This document shows positions 47,070 to 57,628 of a stretch of 64,000 nt of DNA, piece after piece. The number at the start of each line of letters is the position of its first letter. The stretch's first letter is position 1. The stretch is from Deltaproteobacteria bacterium (GTDB lineage: Bacteria > Bdellovibrionota_C > UBA2361 > SZUA-149 > JAITKM01), in contig JAITKM010000007.1 in NCBI GenBank assembly GCA_031278395.1, positions 222,818-286,817 of the forward strand, given 5' to 3'. The position numbers were made by a program, and so were the translations under genes. Under the pieces are notes generated by a model. That model saw only the letters and a program-made list of their open reading frames with translations. It made no database searches and was not told the DNA's origin.

Positions 47070-48617
47070 GAATTTACCTAGCATCACAATTATTTTTGAG
47101 GGGTGGTGAATTACTGCAAAAATAAACGGACGTTCAGCAATAAAAGAAAGCTGTTCAGTATTTTCACTCAAGTTTGTGTTTGCTGCAGTAGCAGTGCCTT
47201 TATCTATAGTAGTTAAATTAGCTTGTTGAATATAAGGATTTAAAAATAAATCAGTAGTGCCGGTAATGCCGGATAAATCAGCTTTGCCGGTAAAGATATC
47301 TGACACGCCTAGTTTTGTTAATTTTTCTTTGACATTAATTCTGGAACTAATTTTTAATTTTGGCACTTTAATATATAATTCCTTCTCGGTGAGAGAAGTT
47401 TCGATAGTATTAATTAGTTCAGCTGATAAAATATTTTCAAGTTCTGCAATGGACATACTGGCATTGGGTAAAATAAATAACAGAGCCAACTCTTGCTCCG
47501 CTGGTTTTAATTCCAGAGCTTGAAAATCTTGGTTAGCAAGATATAAATAATTATTCTTACCAGTAATATAATGTAGCCTTTTTGTTCCAGTGTTATGGGA
47601 GGTAAAAGTTCCTTCGGTTGAAGTAAAATTTTTGTCAAAGGTCAAAGTTAGATTAAACAGATCAGCAATTACCATTCTAGTTGAGATTTTAATTTCTTTA
47701 TTAAAAAGATTTTCAATGTTTTGTTCCGATTTGCTAAAGACCCAGTCATTGATTCTTTTTTGGGTGAAATCAATATCGTTGAAGAAGTCCGATTTATCAA
47801 AATTTAATAGAAAATAATCATTTAGATAGTCATTAAACTCTTTTTGGATGTAATTATTGTCATTTGCCCAGATATTAGAACGATAATAGGAACTATCTTT
47901 ATTGGCTAAAAATATATTGTTAATAGAATTAAAGGTTTCTTTAAAACGCACGCCAATACTTTTTAGATTTTTATCTAGACCTAAGATGTCCTGCATTTGT
48001 TTTTTAGTTTCGTTTTTACTACCAGCGTATAAAGCTGCTAGGTGATGCATTATACTATAAGTTGCCACAACAAAAGAGTCTTCTTTTGTTGCCATGGTTT
48101 GGTAAAGCTTAAGAGAAAATTGGTTATTAGCTGTGGTGATGTCGAAATTTTCTAATAGTTGATCTTGTAAGGGAATAATTTTTTCTTCTTTAACTGGCTC
48201 AGTGATTGTGGCAGATGATTCTACCTCTAGACTATTAGTAGTTGATTTTGAGATTCTAGAGTTTTTAGGCTTGACTTCTTCAAACTGGATATTATTTTTA
48301 CTAACAGCTTGTGCAGTTAGTGGGGCTAGAGATAACGAACAAGCCAGGATGATGAGTAGTATGATTTTGGTTTTATGTTTTAAAACGTCAGATAGAATGT
48401 GCTGAGTAAGTTTATTGATTAGTTTTTTATTAACTGAGACTTCTTCTGCAACATCATAAATGGCACAGATAAGTTCGCCTATAGTGGTATTAAGACTAGA
48501 TTGCGATTGATGGTTTGCTGCGTTTTTTCCCACTTTTATAGGTTTGATTGGCAGTGTGTGGCTAGGTTTAGCATGAGGATTAATTTTTTTCCTATTACTG
48601 TTAGTAACTTTTTCCAT
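47061..48617 (-). CDS. Serpin-family protease inhibitor with ~150-aa N-terminal extension containing a hydrophobic anchor
   Basis: C-terminal serpin signature (FIAERPFIFAVIHHPSKIIVMLGKFSN). Hinge/reactive-centre-loop region upstream. N-terminal hydrophobic segment IILLIILACSLSLAPLTAQA. Confidence 0.8.
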   Translation of the reverse strand: MEKVTNSNRKKINPHAKPSHTLPIKPIKVGKNAANHQSQSSLNTTIGELICAIYDVAEEVSVNKKLINKLTQHILSDVLKHKTKIILLIILACSLSLAPLTAQAVSKNNIQFEEVKPKNSRISKSTTNSLEVESSATITEPVKEEKIIPLQDQLLENFDITTANNQFSLKLYQTMATKEDSFVVATYSIMHHLAALYAGSKNETKKQMQDILGLDKNLKSIGVRFKETFNSINNIFLANKDSSYYRSNIWANDNNYIQKEFNDYLNDYFLLNFDKSDFFNDIDFTQKRINDWVFSKSEQNIENLFNKEIKISTRMVIADLFNLTLTFDKNFTSTEGTFTSHNTGTKRLHYITGKNNYLYLANQDFQALELKPAEQELALLFILPNASMSIAELENILSAELINTIETSLTEKELYIKVPKLKISSRINVKEKLTKLGVSDIFTGKADLSGITGTTDLFLNPYIQQANLTTIDKGTATAANTNLSENTEQLSFIAERPFIFAVIHHPSKIIVMLGKFSN

Positions 48618-48702
48618 TTTATCTCCCGAAACTAGTTATGGTTTTAATGATGTTTTGAGATGTTCTAAACCATGAATTAGATACAAATTTTTGGTCGGGA
48701 GA

Positions 48703-48738
48703 TTTTGGTATCGGGTTCTTGGGATTTTGGTATCGGGT
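48703..48738. repeat. Two degenerate tandem copies of the element arm (TTTTGGTATCGGGTT x2) downstream of the HUH transposase gene
   Basis: Differs from the family arm TTTTGGTATGGGGTT at a single position, and is duplicated 21 bp apart. Confidence 0.5.
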
Positions 48739-49013
48739 TATTAGATTTTTCTTAGTTTTTTTAGTGTCTAATAAGAATTTTTTATTTTATAAAACATCGA
48801 TTTGAAGGGGATAAAAGATAAGAAATTAGTAAAAAGATATATATTGTCAATTCATATGTAGTAGAATTAGTTATTCTCCATGTAACTTATTTAGTTTTTT
48901 ATAAAAAAAAGTTAAAAAGCATATATTTTTCCATAGTTGTCAGTGCAATTTATATCAAATCAGGCTTTTGCATGTAAAATTTTCGATTAATTTACCGCTT
49001 TAAAAAGAACTTG

Positions 49014-49988
49014 TTAAGTTAAAAATAAATTCGGAGGTATATGTTCAAGAAATTCTCCACCCGGCATAAACATTCCAGCCGGAAACAAGATATTACATAA
49101 ACCATTCTTTATTGTTTTATAAGCTTGCTTTGCAATTTGCGTCAGAGATCTGAAATAAGTGATATATGTTTTACGTAATTCGATATTGGAACTGATACAG
49201 AGCATTCTTTTGCTATATTTGGCTGACTTAAATTTTTTATTTATATGTTGAGTTTTAAGTTTTTTTGCTCCGACGACCCCTTTGGGATGTTCTAGTTTTT
49301 TCTCTTCTTCAATAACTTCCTTGATAATTTGATTATTTATTTCCTCAGGATTATTATCTTTATATTCAATAAATCCCTCCATCCAAGCATTAGGTTCTAA
49401 TTCAAAAGTGTGAAATATAGGTTTATCTCCGGCTAGGTTATTAATAAGTTCTTTTTGTTTTTTATCTGTCATTAAAGCTAAGTTGTTTATTTTATAAAAT
49501 TGCGAACGTTTTATCCAAACACATTCTTTTCTATATTCTTTCTTTTTAAACATACTCCAAGAAGAAAGTCCTGGATATTGTTCGATAGAGTTGACTAGAT
49601 CAGCAGAGGCAGGATTTTTATAAATATATTTAATAGTATCAATAACTTTGTCGTAGGTTAAAACTATTGGATCGTCAAATCCATCATTCCAGACGGTATT
49701 TTGTCGAATGCCACAGATTCTATTGATAGCAGAGGCTGATTCTAATTTTAAGAGTCTAATAAAGTTAGGTATATCTGCTGGGTTTCTCACAACTGCGAGT
49801 ATATGAAAGTGGTTAGACATAAAGACAAAGTGACAGATTGAGATGTTATACAAAGATTTAGCGCGTGCTAATATGCCTATTAATGCTGTATTGATTAGGG
49901 GGTATGCAGGAAATGGCAAATCTTTTTCAACGCGTGAGGTTATAAATAATACTGTATTTTCAACATATAATTTTCTTTTCTTAGCCAT
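49014..49988 (-). CDS. HUH-motif Y1 tyrosine transposase (IS200/IS605 TnpA / REP-associated RAYT-like) with ~170-aa C-terminal extension
   Basis: HUH motif NHFHILAVV. The Y/NP/LV/WSS block IKYIYKNPASADLVNSIEQYPGLSSWSMF is typical of Transposase_17/RAYT proteins. Confidence 0.7.
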   Translation of the reverse strand: MAKKRKLYVENTVLFITSRVEKDLPFPAYPLINTALIGILARAKSLYNISICHFVFMSNHFHILAVVRNPADIPNFIRLLKLESASAINRICGIRQNTVWNDGFDDPIVLTYDKVIDTIKYIYKNPASADLVNSIEQYPGLSSWSMFKKKEYRKECVWIKRSQFYKINNLALMTDKKQKELINNLAGDKPIFHTFELEPNAWMEGFIEYKDNNPEEINNQIIKEVIEEEKKLEHPKGVVGAKKLKTQHINKKFKSAKYSKRMLCISSNIELRKTYITYFRSLTQIAKQAYKTIKNGLCNILFPAGMFMPGGEFLEHIPPNLFLT

Positions 49989-50101
49989 AATAGATAGCTC
50001 CGATTGGTAAATTTTTATAAATAAAGAGGTGAGGTTATAACCTCGCTATATACCTATCGGGTGAAATTCTTATTGTTTTCATATGTTCGCTGTCGTAAAT
50101 A

Positions 50102-50175
50102 TAACCCCATACCAGTTCGCGCCAGTTCCAGTTCGCGCCCGCGCGAGTTCGCCAATTAGTAACCCCATACCAGTT
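50102..50175. repeat. Two direct copies of the element right arm (TAACCCCATACCAGTT) flanking a GC-rich CCAGTTCGCGCC-type spacer, upstream of the transposase gene
   Basis: Exact arm sequence at 50102-50117 and 50160-50175. Confidence 0.7.
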
Positions 50176-50265
50176 ACAAAAAAACTTATGGTTAAAATTA
50201 CAATTTTTATGTAGTCCATAGCAGCAGTTTTACAGGTTTAGTAATTATACATTATAAATAAAGAG

Positions 50266-53010
50266 ATGTCACAGACTGTTCGCAAAAGAGTTCCACCATT
50301 GCCTAGGCATTTTGAACCACCTAAAAAATCTAAGCCACCAGTAGAAATACCGCCGGTAAACCGGACTTTTGTTCAGGAAAGTTTTGTATGGTTTTTTTGT
50401 GCCATAGGAATTTTTTTGTTTTTAGCTCTCTACTCAAATTTTAAAGCCCACAGTTTTTTAAAAGGACATGACCCTAGAGAGACTTTACAAATGTCGTTAG
50501 CCATAACTAATTCCATGGGGCAGGTAGGGCAAAAGGTTTCTGACTTTTTAATAATCTGGCTGAGCTATTGTTCTTTTATCGTGGCGTTATGTCCATTTCT
50601 GCTGGCACTAAAATTATGGCGTAGTGGTTTTCCACAAATTAAAAAAATTTTCATCGGCGCATTTCTAGCAACCATATCTTCAGTCGTTATGGTTGGTTCT
50701 TTAGCCGCACTAGCAACAGTTCTTTATGGACATAATGGCGGCGGTAAAGCAGGAGCGCTACTAGCTAAATCTATTAATAATTATATCAATGAAGGTGGCA
50801 CCTGCTTAGTTTCTATAGTTGTATTTTTTCTTTCACTAGCTTTCTGTACAGGTCTCAAAACAACACAAATTCTGGCTTACATTTCAAGAAGCTTTCAACT
50901 TCTGAAACAAACTATTGTTGACGCTTTAGTCGAGCTGAAAGAAGAAAATGAATTCTTAAAAGATAAGGATTTAAGTATTAGTCACCTAGTTTTAAATTCC
51001 ATTAGGTTTTCATTTAACATTGTTTGTGCGACTTTATTTGCAATTCTGATTATCTATCCTAAGGTTTTAATTGGTAAAATTAGAAATAAATGGTTGGCTC
51101 AACAGCCTAGTTCATTCAAAAAACATATGGCGGATAATTATAAGGTTGTCCGAGTTGGTCATAAACTAAGGTTAAGATTTGACCCAGAAAAACAAACCAA
51201 AAATAGTAAAGATCTAAAATGGAAACTCGGTAACAAGAAAACAGCTCAGCAAATGGAATTAAATTTGGATCAGCGTGTCCAAATATCTCGCCAGAAAAAA
51301 GATAAAAAAGACAAAAAGAATTTACTAGGCAGATTAAAAAACAAAAATAAACATCCTAAATCTATAATCAAAGAGCTAAACTTAGCAGAACGCTATTCTT
51401 TGCCTCCACTGAATTTATTAGCTAGTGGCGAGAATGAACCAAGTGTTGCTCCAACCAATGAGGAAATAATAGAAAATAGTCATCTCTTAGAGCAGGCCTT
51501 TGAGGATTTTAAAATTAGCGGCAAAATTACAGAAGTTCATCCTGGACCTATTGTAACTTTATACCAATACAAGCCAGCTGCTGGAATTAAAACTAAATCA
51601 ATTGTTAGCCTTTCAGATGACATTGCTAGAACTTTAAAAGTAGCTAGCGTGCGAATTTATGCCCCAGTGCCAGGGCAAGACACTGTGGGAATTGAAATTC
51701 CTAATACTAATCGTGAAGTTGTGTATTTTCGTGACGTAATTGATAGTAACGTTTGGTTTGACGCTAAAGATTATGAACTAAAGCTGGCTTTGGCTAAAAC
51801 AACTTTTGGTGACCCATATGTAGCAGATTTGGCACGTATGCCGCATTTATTAATTGCTGGCGCTACTGGAACAGGTAAGTCAGTTTCTCTTAATTCTGTT
51901 TTATTAAGCTTATTATATCAGCATACGCCTGAAACTTTAAGATTGATTCTTTTTGACCCAAAACTAGTTGAACTTAGTGTCTACGATGGAATTGCCCATT
52001 TGCTAACACCCGTCGTTACTGATCCTAAACGAGCTAAAGGAGTTTTGTGGTGGGCTTTAGAAGAGATGGAGCGACGTTTAACTCTCATGCAGGAGTTGGG
52101 TGTGAGAAATTTAAGTAGTTTTAATAAAGCTGTGCGTGGCGAACATGTTGATTTAAATTCTTTAGAAACTGAGCCTGTTTTAGATGATGAAGTGATTGAG
52201 CTGGGTGATAAGAATAAAATTGATCCGCATGATAAACTTAAAGAAAGTGAAAAGAAAAAATATGAGCCTCTGCCTTGGATTGTGATTGTTATAGATGAAT
52301 TTGCTGACTTGATTATGTCAGTGCGTGAAATAGAGGAATATATTGTTAAGTTGGCTCAAAAAGCCCGTGCGACTGGAATACACCTAATTATTGCTACGCA
52401 ACGACCTAGTGTAAATGTAATAACTGGTTTGATTAAGGCAAACTTTCCGTCGCGTATTTCGTTTAAAGTAACAAGCCGCACTGATGCTCGAACTGTTTTG
52501 GATGCCTCAGGCGCAGAGAAATTACTCGGGCGCGGTGATATGTTATTTTTGCCGCCAGGCACAGCAGTAGTCAGAAGAATGCACGGACCTTTTGTGAGCG
52601 ATAAAGAAGTACTGTCAGTAGTGCGCTGGTTAAAGACGCATAACAAGCCAATGTATAATTCAGAAATTGAAGAAGCTATCAATAAAATTACCGAAATAAA
52701 TGAAAATAGTGCTGGAGCATTGAGTGAAGGTATTGAGTTAGATATTGATGGTAAGCCATATGATAAACTTTATGACAAGGTTGTAGCGTTCACGATAGCT
52801 AAGGGAGAAATTTCAACCAGTCGTTTACAAGCTGAGTTTGGTATAGGTTATCCTAAAGCCACTAAATTAATGAGCACGATGGAGAAGGAAGGAATAATTG
52901 AAGCAGCGAAAGGTTCAAAAAGGCGGAGGGTTATTGTGGGAATGGGAAGTAGTGTTAACTCAAATAATCTTGATAAAGATTACGACGACGGAGAGGAAAG
53001 TTTATTGTAA
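50266..53010 (+). CDS. ftsK: DNA translocase FtsK
   Basis: N-terminal TM domain, linker, AAA+ motor (GATGTGKSV; DEFADL; ATQRPS) and C-terminal gamma winged-helix domain. Confidence 0.95.
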   Translation: MSQTVRKRVPPLPRHFEPPKKSKPPVEIPPVNRTFVQESFVWFFCAIGIFLFLALYSNFKAHSFLKGHDPRETLQMSLAITNSMGQVGQKVSDFLIIWLSYCSFIVALCPFLLALKLWRSGFPQIKKIFIGAFLATISSVVMVGSLAALATVLYGHNGGGKAGALLAKSINNYINEGGTCLVSIVVFFLSLAFCTGLKTTQILAYISRSFQLLKQTIVDALVELKEENEFLKDKDLSISHLVLNSIRFSFNIVCATLFAILIIYPKVLIGKIRNKWLAQQPSSFKKHMADNYKVVRVGHKLRLRFDPEKQTKNSKDLKWKLGNKKTAQQMELNLDQRVQISRQKKDKKDKKNLLGRLKNKNKHPKSIIKELNLAERYSLPPLNLLASGENEPSVAPTNEEIIENSHLLEQAFEDFKISGKITEVHPGPIVTLYQYKPAAGIKTKSIVSLSDDIARTLKVASVRIYAPVPGQDTVGIEIPNTNREVVYFRDVIDSNVWFDAKDYELKLALAKTTFGDPYVADLARMPHLLIAGATGTGKSVSLNSVLLSLLYQHTPETLRLILFDPKLVELSVYDGIAHLLTPVVTDPKRAKGVLWWALEEMERRLTLMQELGVRNLSSFNKAVRGEHVDLNSLETEPVLDDEVIELGDKNKIDPHDKLKESEKKKYEPLPWIVIVIDEFADLIMSVREIEEYIVKLAQKARATGIHLIIATQRPSVNVITGLIKANFPSRISFKVTSRTDARTVLDASGAEKLLGRGDMLFLPPGTAVVRRMHGPFVSDKEVLSVVRWLKTHNKPMYNSEIEEAINKITEINENSAGALSEGIELDIDGKPYDKLYDKVVAFTIAKGEISTSRLQAEFGIGYPKATKLMSTMEKEGIIEAAKGSKRRRVIVGMGSSVNSNNLDKDYDDGEESLL

Positions 53011-53161
53011 TTGTAGGGCAGCCCTGATGGTTGTTGTCCTTAGATCTGTTTTTTTTATCCGGATTTTCATAAATTAATACTAATTTTTTTCGTGTTAATT
53101 CGTGGATAAAAAAAGCTAGAACGGTTCAGATTTCTTATTAATTGTAAATTTAAAGTTTTTT

Positions 53162-53896
53162 ATGGATATAAAAACTGTCAGTGTTGGTAATAAAAAACTA
53201 TTTGCGTTTGGGGATATTCATGGATGTTTTACGGAGTTGAATATCTTAATTCAGTATTTAGAACAGAACAAAATTATTGCGCCGGATGATATGGTTGTTT
53301 TTTTAGGAGATTATATTGACCGGGGGGCTAACTCATTTGCTGTAGTTGATTTACTGATTGACTTTAAATATAAATATCCGCAGACTTACTTTTTAAAAGG
53401 CAATCATGAGTCAATGTTTTTAAATTTTTTAGGTTTTGACGCCAGAAAAGAAAGCGTTTTTTTGTATAATGGAGGTTTAGAAACCATTCTTAGTTATGAT
53501 ATTCAAGTCGGCGCGTTACCAGAAACTGCGGTGCATAAGATACCGCCTTTACATTTTAAATTTTACACAGAGTTGATTGATATTTTAGAGACAGAGGAAT
53601 TTATTTTTGTGCATGGTGGTCTCGATATTAAACGGAAATTATCTGAGCAGGTGGAGCGCGATACTTTGTGGATTAGAGATGAATTTATTACTAAGCCACA
53701 TGAATTTGGCAAAACAATAATTTTTGGACATACGCCATTTAAGGAAATCTATCTGGATTTGCCTTACAAGATTGGTCTAGATACCGGCTTAGTATATGGT
53801 AACAAATTAACCTGTTTAGAAATGACAGAGTTCAAGTATTACGAAACTGCCTTAGCTGAGCAGGAAGTAGTAGCGGGAAAAATTGAGAAGTTATGA
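53162..53896 (+). CDS. PPP-family Ser/Thr (metallo)phosphatase
   Basis: GDIHG, GDYIDRG and GNHE metal-binding motifs. Confidence 0.8.
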   Translation: MDIKTVSVGNKKLFAFGDIHGCFTELNILIQYLEQNKIIAPDDMVVFLGDYIDRGANSFAVVDLLIDFKYKYPQTYFLKGNHESMFLNFLGFDARKESVFLYNGGLETILSYDIQVGALPETAVHKIPPLHFKFYTELIDILETEEFIFVHGGLDIKRKLSEQVERDTLWIRDEFITKPHEFGKTIIFGHTPFKEIYLDLPYKIGLDTGLVYGNKLTCLEMTEFKYYETALAEQEVVAGKIEKL

Positions 53897-55212
53897 AGTT
53901 AGCAAATGAACAAAAAATACAGCGAGCGCCTTTGGCAGAGCGGATGCGCCCACGCACCTTGGATGAAGTTCTAGGGCAGGATAAAATTATTGGACCCAAG
54001 TCTTCGTTTGGGCAAATTATTCGAAACCCACTAGCATCTGTTCCGTCAGTAATTTTTTGGGGACCGCCGGGAACTGGCAAAACAACCTTAGCTCAAGTTA
54101 TTGCCGCAACAGGTAATTATAATTTTGTTCGGTTATCTGGTGTGCTGGATGGAGTGGCTGAGTTAAGAAAGATTGTAGCGGATGCGTTAGAAATGCAAAA
54201 AGCAGAAGGTAAGCCGACACTAGCCTTAGTAGATGAAATTCACCGTTTTAATAAATCACAACAAGATGCTTTTTTACCGCATGTTGAATCGGGATTATTA
54301 ACTGTTATTGGGCAAACCACTGAAAATGTAAGTTTTAGAATTCGTAACGCCTTACTGAGTAGGATGCGAGTATTGCCGCTGGAAGCTCTGGACGAGGAAG
54401 TTATCGTGAAAATCCTGAATAATGCTATCAACGATAAGGAGCGAGGTTTAGGAGGATGGGGAATAAAACTGGAGGCAGATGCTGCAGAATTAATTGCCAA
54501 ATATAGTATTGGGGATGCTAGACGAGCTTTAAATTGTTTGGAGTGGGCAGCAGCATATGTGCGCGCTGAAAATACGACGATCATCAATAAAGAAGTGGTT
54601 AATAATTCATTTAATAAGCAGCCGCAGTTATTTGATCAGAGCGATGACTATCACTACGACAATATTTCAGCGTTTATTAAGTCTATGCGTGGGTCTGATC
54701 CAGATGCGGCTTTGTATTATATGATGAATGCGTTGGAGGGTGGTGAAGATCCGTTGTTTTTGACGCGGCGGATGATAATTTTTGCTTCTGAAGATTGTAG
54801 TTGTGATCCGCGGGCTTTAGAAATTGCTTTAAATGTTGATCAAGCTGTGCAGAGAGTTGGTATGCCAGAGGGGCGAATTCCGCTAGCGCAGGGGGTAGTA
54901 TATTTATCATGTTGTGCGAAATCCAATGCTTCTTATTTGGCAATGGAAGCAATGACGGCAATTGTGCGGGAGAATCAAAATTTAGAAATTCCGCGTCGAA
55001 TTAGAAATGCCCCGACAGATTTAATGAAAAAAATGGGCAATCATTTAGGTTATCATTATCCACATAATTATCCAGGTGGTTTTTATCCAGAGCGCTATTT
55101 GCCCGATAAGTTGGGGGATTTAATTGTGTATGAACCGACTGACAGGGGTTTGGATGCACAAATTAAAGAGCGTTTAACGAAATACCGTGAATTAATAAAA
55201 CAAGCGAAATAA
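53893..55212 (+). CDS. rarA: Replication-associated recombination protein A (AAA+ ATPase RarA/MgsA)
   Basis: Walker A GPPGTGKTTLA, Walker B LVDEIHRFNK, and the MgsA C-terminal helical domain. Confidence 0.9.
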   Translation: MKLANEQKIQRAPLAERMRPRTLDEVLGQDKIIGPKSSFGQIIRNPLASVPSVIFWGPPGTGKTTLAQVIAATGNYNFVRLSGVLDGVAELRKIVADALEMQKAEGKPTLALVDEIHRFNKSQQDAFLPHVESGLLTVIGQTTENVSFRIRNALLSRMRVLPLEALDEEVIVKILNNAINDKERGLGGWGIKLEADAAELIAKYSIGDARRALNCLEWAAAYVRAENTTIINKEVVNNSFNKQPQLFDQSDDYHYDNISAFIKSMRGSDPDAALYYMMNALEGGEDPLFLTRRMIIFASEDCSCDPRALEIALNVDQAVQRVGMPEGRIPLAQGVVYLSCCAKSNASYLAMEAMTAIVRENQNLEIPRRIRNAPTDLMKKMGNHLGYHYPHNYPGGFYPERYLPDKLGDLIVYEPTDRGLDAQIKERLTKYRELIKQAK

Positions 55213-55229
55213 TGAAAGTTTCTAGTTCA

Positions 55230-55357
55230 CTGGTATGGGGTTACTTTATTTCCTATGTCTTTTATATTTTTATTTAAAAAATATCACATTATTTAAGTAT
55301 ATTATTGTTACTAAAATCATTAAAAATATAAGAAAATAAAGTAACCCCATACCAGTT
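55230..55357. repeat. MITE/BIME-like palindromic element, full copy D
   Basis: Arms CTGGTATGGGGTTACTTT and AAAGTAACCCCATACCAGTT. The core shares TAAGTATATTAT and AAAATATAAGAAA with copy E. Confidence 0.8.
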
Positions 55358-55552
55358 GACCCAGTTGAATATAGAGATTCCATAGAATAATTATGGTATT
55401 TTCGATTTTTGCAACTATTTATCTTGATTGTCATCTAATTCATAACAGTATTGTGCATATAGACTTCTAAGCCAATATTTATGCTTTATACATTTTTCGC
55501 GTATCGAAAATATTAACACTACAAGCGTAGTAATATATTCTATTTTTTACAT

Positions 55553-57616
55553 ATGAAAATCTATATTAATTTTTTTAAACGAATATCAATTGCATCAAAA
55601 CTTTTTGTTATTTTATTACCGATTCTGATTATTGGACTTGGAATATCAGTTTTTTATACTAATAAAGTTACTAACGAAAGAGTGACTGAACAAGTTGTTC
55701 GCGAACTGCAGGAATTATCTCTATCATATTCCAAAGAGATTAGTCTGGTTTTGACTTCGGCATATACTGTCGCCAAAACAACAGCAGATGGTTTTGCTAA
55801 TATAATAGCAAGTGGTGTTGCAACCCGTGAAAATTTAGTTGATTTTTACACTGGTATTTTACAACAACATCAAGAATACACAGGTGTTGGATTTTTATTT
55901 GAACCTAATGCTCTAGACGGTAATGATTACGAATTTAAGGGGACTCAATACCATGATGAGACTGGACGTGCAATGGTCTACTTAACTTTTGACGACAAAG
56001 GTGCAATCGTCCGTGAAGCAATTACTGGCTATGATATTCCTGGTGAAGGTGATTGGTATTTAAAGCCTAAAGCCAATAACAAACCTATCTTAACCGAAGC
56101 TTATAATTATGTAGCCAATGGCAAAAAAATCTTACTGACTACTATTGCTGTACCAATTATAGTTGATAGACAGTTTTTAGGTGTAGTTACAATTGATTTG
56201 CCTTTAACAAAAATTGCAGAATTAGTTGCAAAAATTAAAGTATTAAGCAGCGGCTATGCATTTATGATTTCTGATGCTAATGCTTTTGTAACACACACTA
56301 AACCAGAAAATATCGGAGTTAACTTGCTAGAGTTTAATTCTTTATGGAAACCATATGAACAAGATTTTAAATCTGGCAGGTCGTTTCAAGCTTCTCATAT
56401 TTCTAAAGCTACCAAACGTAAGACTAACTATTTTATTGCTCCCGTTAGTATTCCAGATATTGAACAACGTTGGAAATTATTACTAAATGTTCCGGAACAA
56501 GAAGCTTTGCAAACAGTTTTTGCAATTTCTAATGTTCTGTTATATTCATCAGGACTTTTATTATTGGTTTTAAGTCTAGGTATTTATATTGTAGCTAGAA
56601 ATATTAGCTGCCCAGTAAAAAATATGGCTGACTTAATGTTAGAACTAGCTAACGGTAACCGTTTAGTTGAAATACCATATCAAGATCATACTGATGAACT
56701 AGGAGAGATAGCACAGGCAATGGGTATTTTTAAGAAAAACTTGAGCCAGATGGATACCGCCGAAGAACGTAAGCAAATTATGGCAAAGATGGCAGACGAA
56801 TTAGATAACGGTGTTGGTATGATTGCCCGTTCGTTATCTGAAGCAGTTCAGCGTCTTAATAGTATAGCGCAAGACGCTGGACTAGCAGCGACAAATGCAA
56901 TGGAACAGTCTGAACATGGTTCAGAGACATCATGTCAAACTGCAGCAAATGTTCAAACTGTAGCTACGGCTACTGAACAATTGTCTGGCGCTATTCAAGA
57001 AATTTCACAGCAGATTTTAGAGTCAAATGAAATAGTTAATAACGCAGTTAAAGAAGCTGAAGATACTTCGCGTGTGATGAATGCTCTCTTGGTGTCCGCC
57101 TCACAAATTAGGGAAGTTATAGCCTTAATTAAGGATATTGCTAGCAGAACTAATTTGTTGGCACTAAATGCGACAATTGAGGCTGCCAGAGCTGGCGAGA
57201 CTGGTAAGGGATTTGCAGTTGTTGCAGGAGAAGTAAAATCGCTGGCAGCTCAGACTAGTGAAGCTACTGAAAAGATTGCAGAGAAAATTTCAGAAGTTCA
57301 AAAAATTACTGACGATGCAGTGAATGCAATTAAACATATAAATGAAGTGATTGTGAAGGTAAATCAAATTACAACTACTATTGCTGCTGCTGTAGAAGAA
57401 CAGGGGGCAGCGACTAAAGATATTAATCAGAGTACGCAACAAGCAAGTTTGGGGACACAAAATGTCTCGCAAAACATTTCTTCTGTTCATGAGTCTGTAA
57501 AGCTAGTTGCCCAGAATGCAAAAGATGTTGAGAAGACTTCTACTGAATTGACTGAATTAGGTGAAAACCTTAAAAATAAGGTTACTTCATTTTTGTCGCA
57601 TATTTATCAAGGATGA
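55553..57616 (+). CDS. Methyl-accepting chemotaxis protein (periplasmic Cache-like sensor + HAMP + MCP signalling domain)
   Basis: Two TM segments flank a ~280-aa periplasmic domain. HAMP region. Conserved MCP hairpin (ASRTNLLALNATIEAARAGETGKGFAVVAGEVKSLA). Confidence 0.9.
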   Translation: MKIYINFFKRISIASKLFVILLPILIIGLGISVFYTNKVTNERVTEQVVRELQELSLSYSKEISLVLTSAYTVAKTTADGFANIIASGVATRENLVDFYTGILQQHQEYTGVGFLFEPNALDGNDYEFKGTQYHDETGRAMVYLTFDDKGAIVREAITGYDIPGEGDWYLKPKANNKPILTEAYNYVANGKKILLTTIAVPIIVDRQFLGVVTIDLPLTKIAELVAKIKVLSSGYAFMISDANAFVTHTKPENIGVNLLEFNSLWKPYEQDFKSGRSFQASHISKATKRKTNYFIAPVSIPDIEQRWKLLLNVPEQEALQTVFAISNVLLYSSGLLLLVLSLGIYIVARNISCPVKNMADLMLELANGNRLVEIPYQDHTDELGEIAQAMGIFKKNLSQMDTAEERKQIMAKMADELDNGVGMIARSLSEAVQRLNSIAQDAGLAATNAMEQSEHGSETSCQTAANVQTVATATEQLSGAIQEISQQILESNEIVNNAVKEAEDTSRVMNALLVSASQIREVIALIKDIASRTNLLALNATIEAARAGETGKGFAVVAGEVKSLAAQTSEATEKIAEKISEVQKITDDAVNAIKHINEVIVKVNQITTTIAAAVEEQGAATKDINQSTQQASLGTQNVSQNISSVHESVKLVAQNAKDVEKTSTELTELGENLKNKVTSFLSHIYQG

Positions 57617-57628
57617 TCATGAAAATTA

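Noticed and set aside
53011-53060. Intrinsic terminator after ftsK
   Set aside because: AGGGCAGCCCT gives only a 4-5 bp stem with a 1-nt loop before the T-run. Too weak to call confidently.
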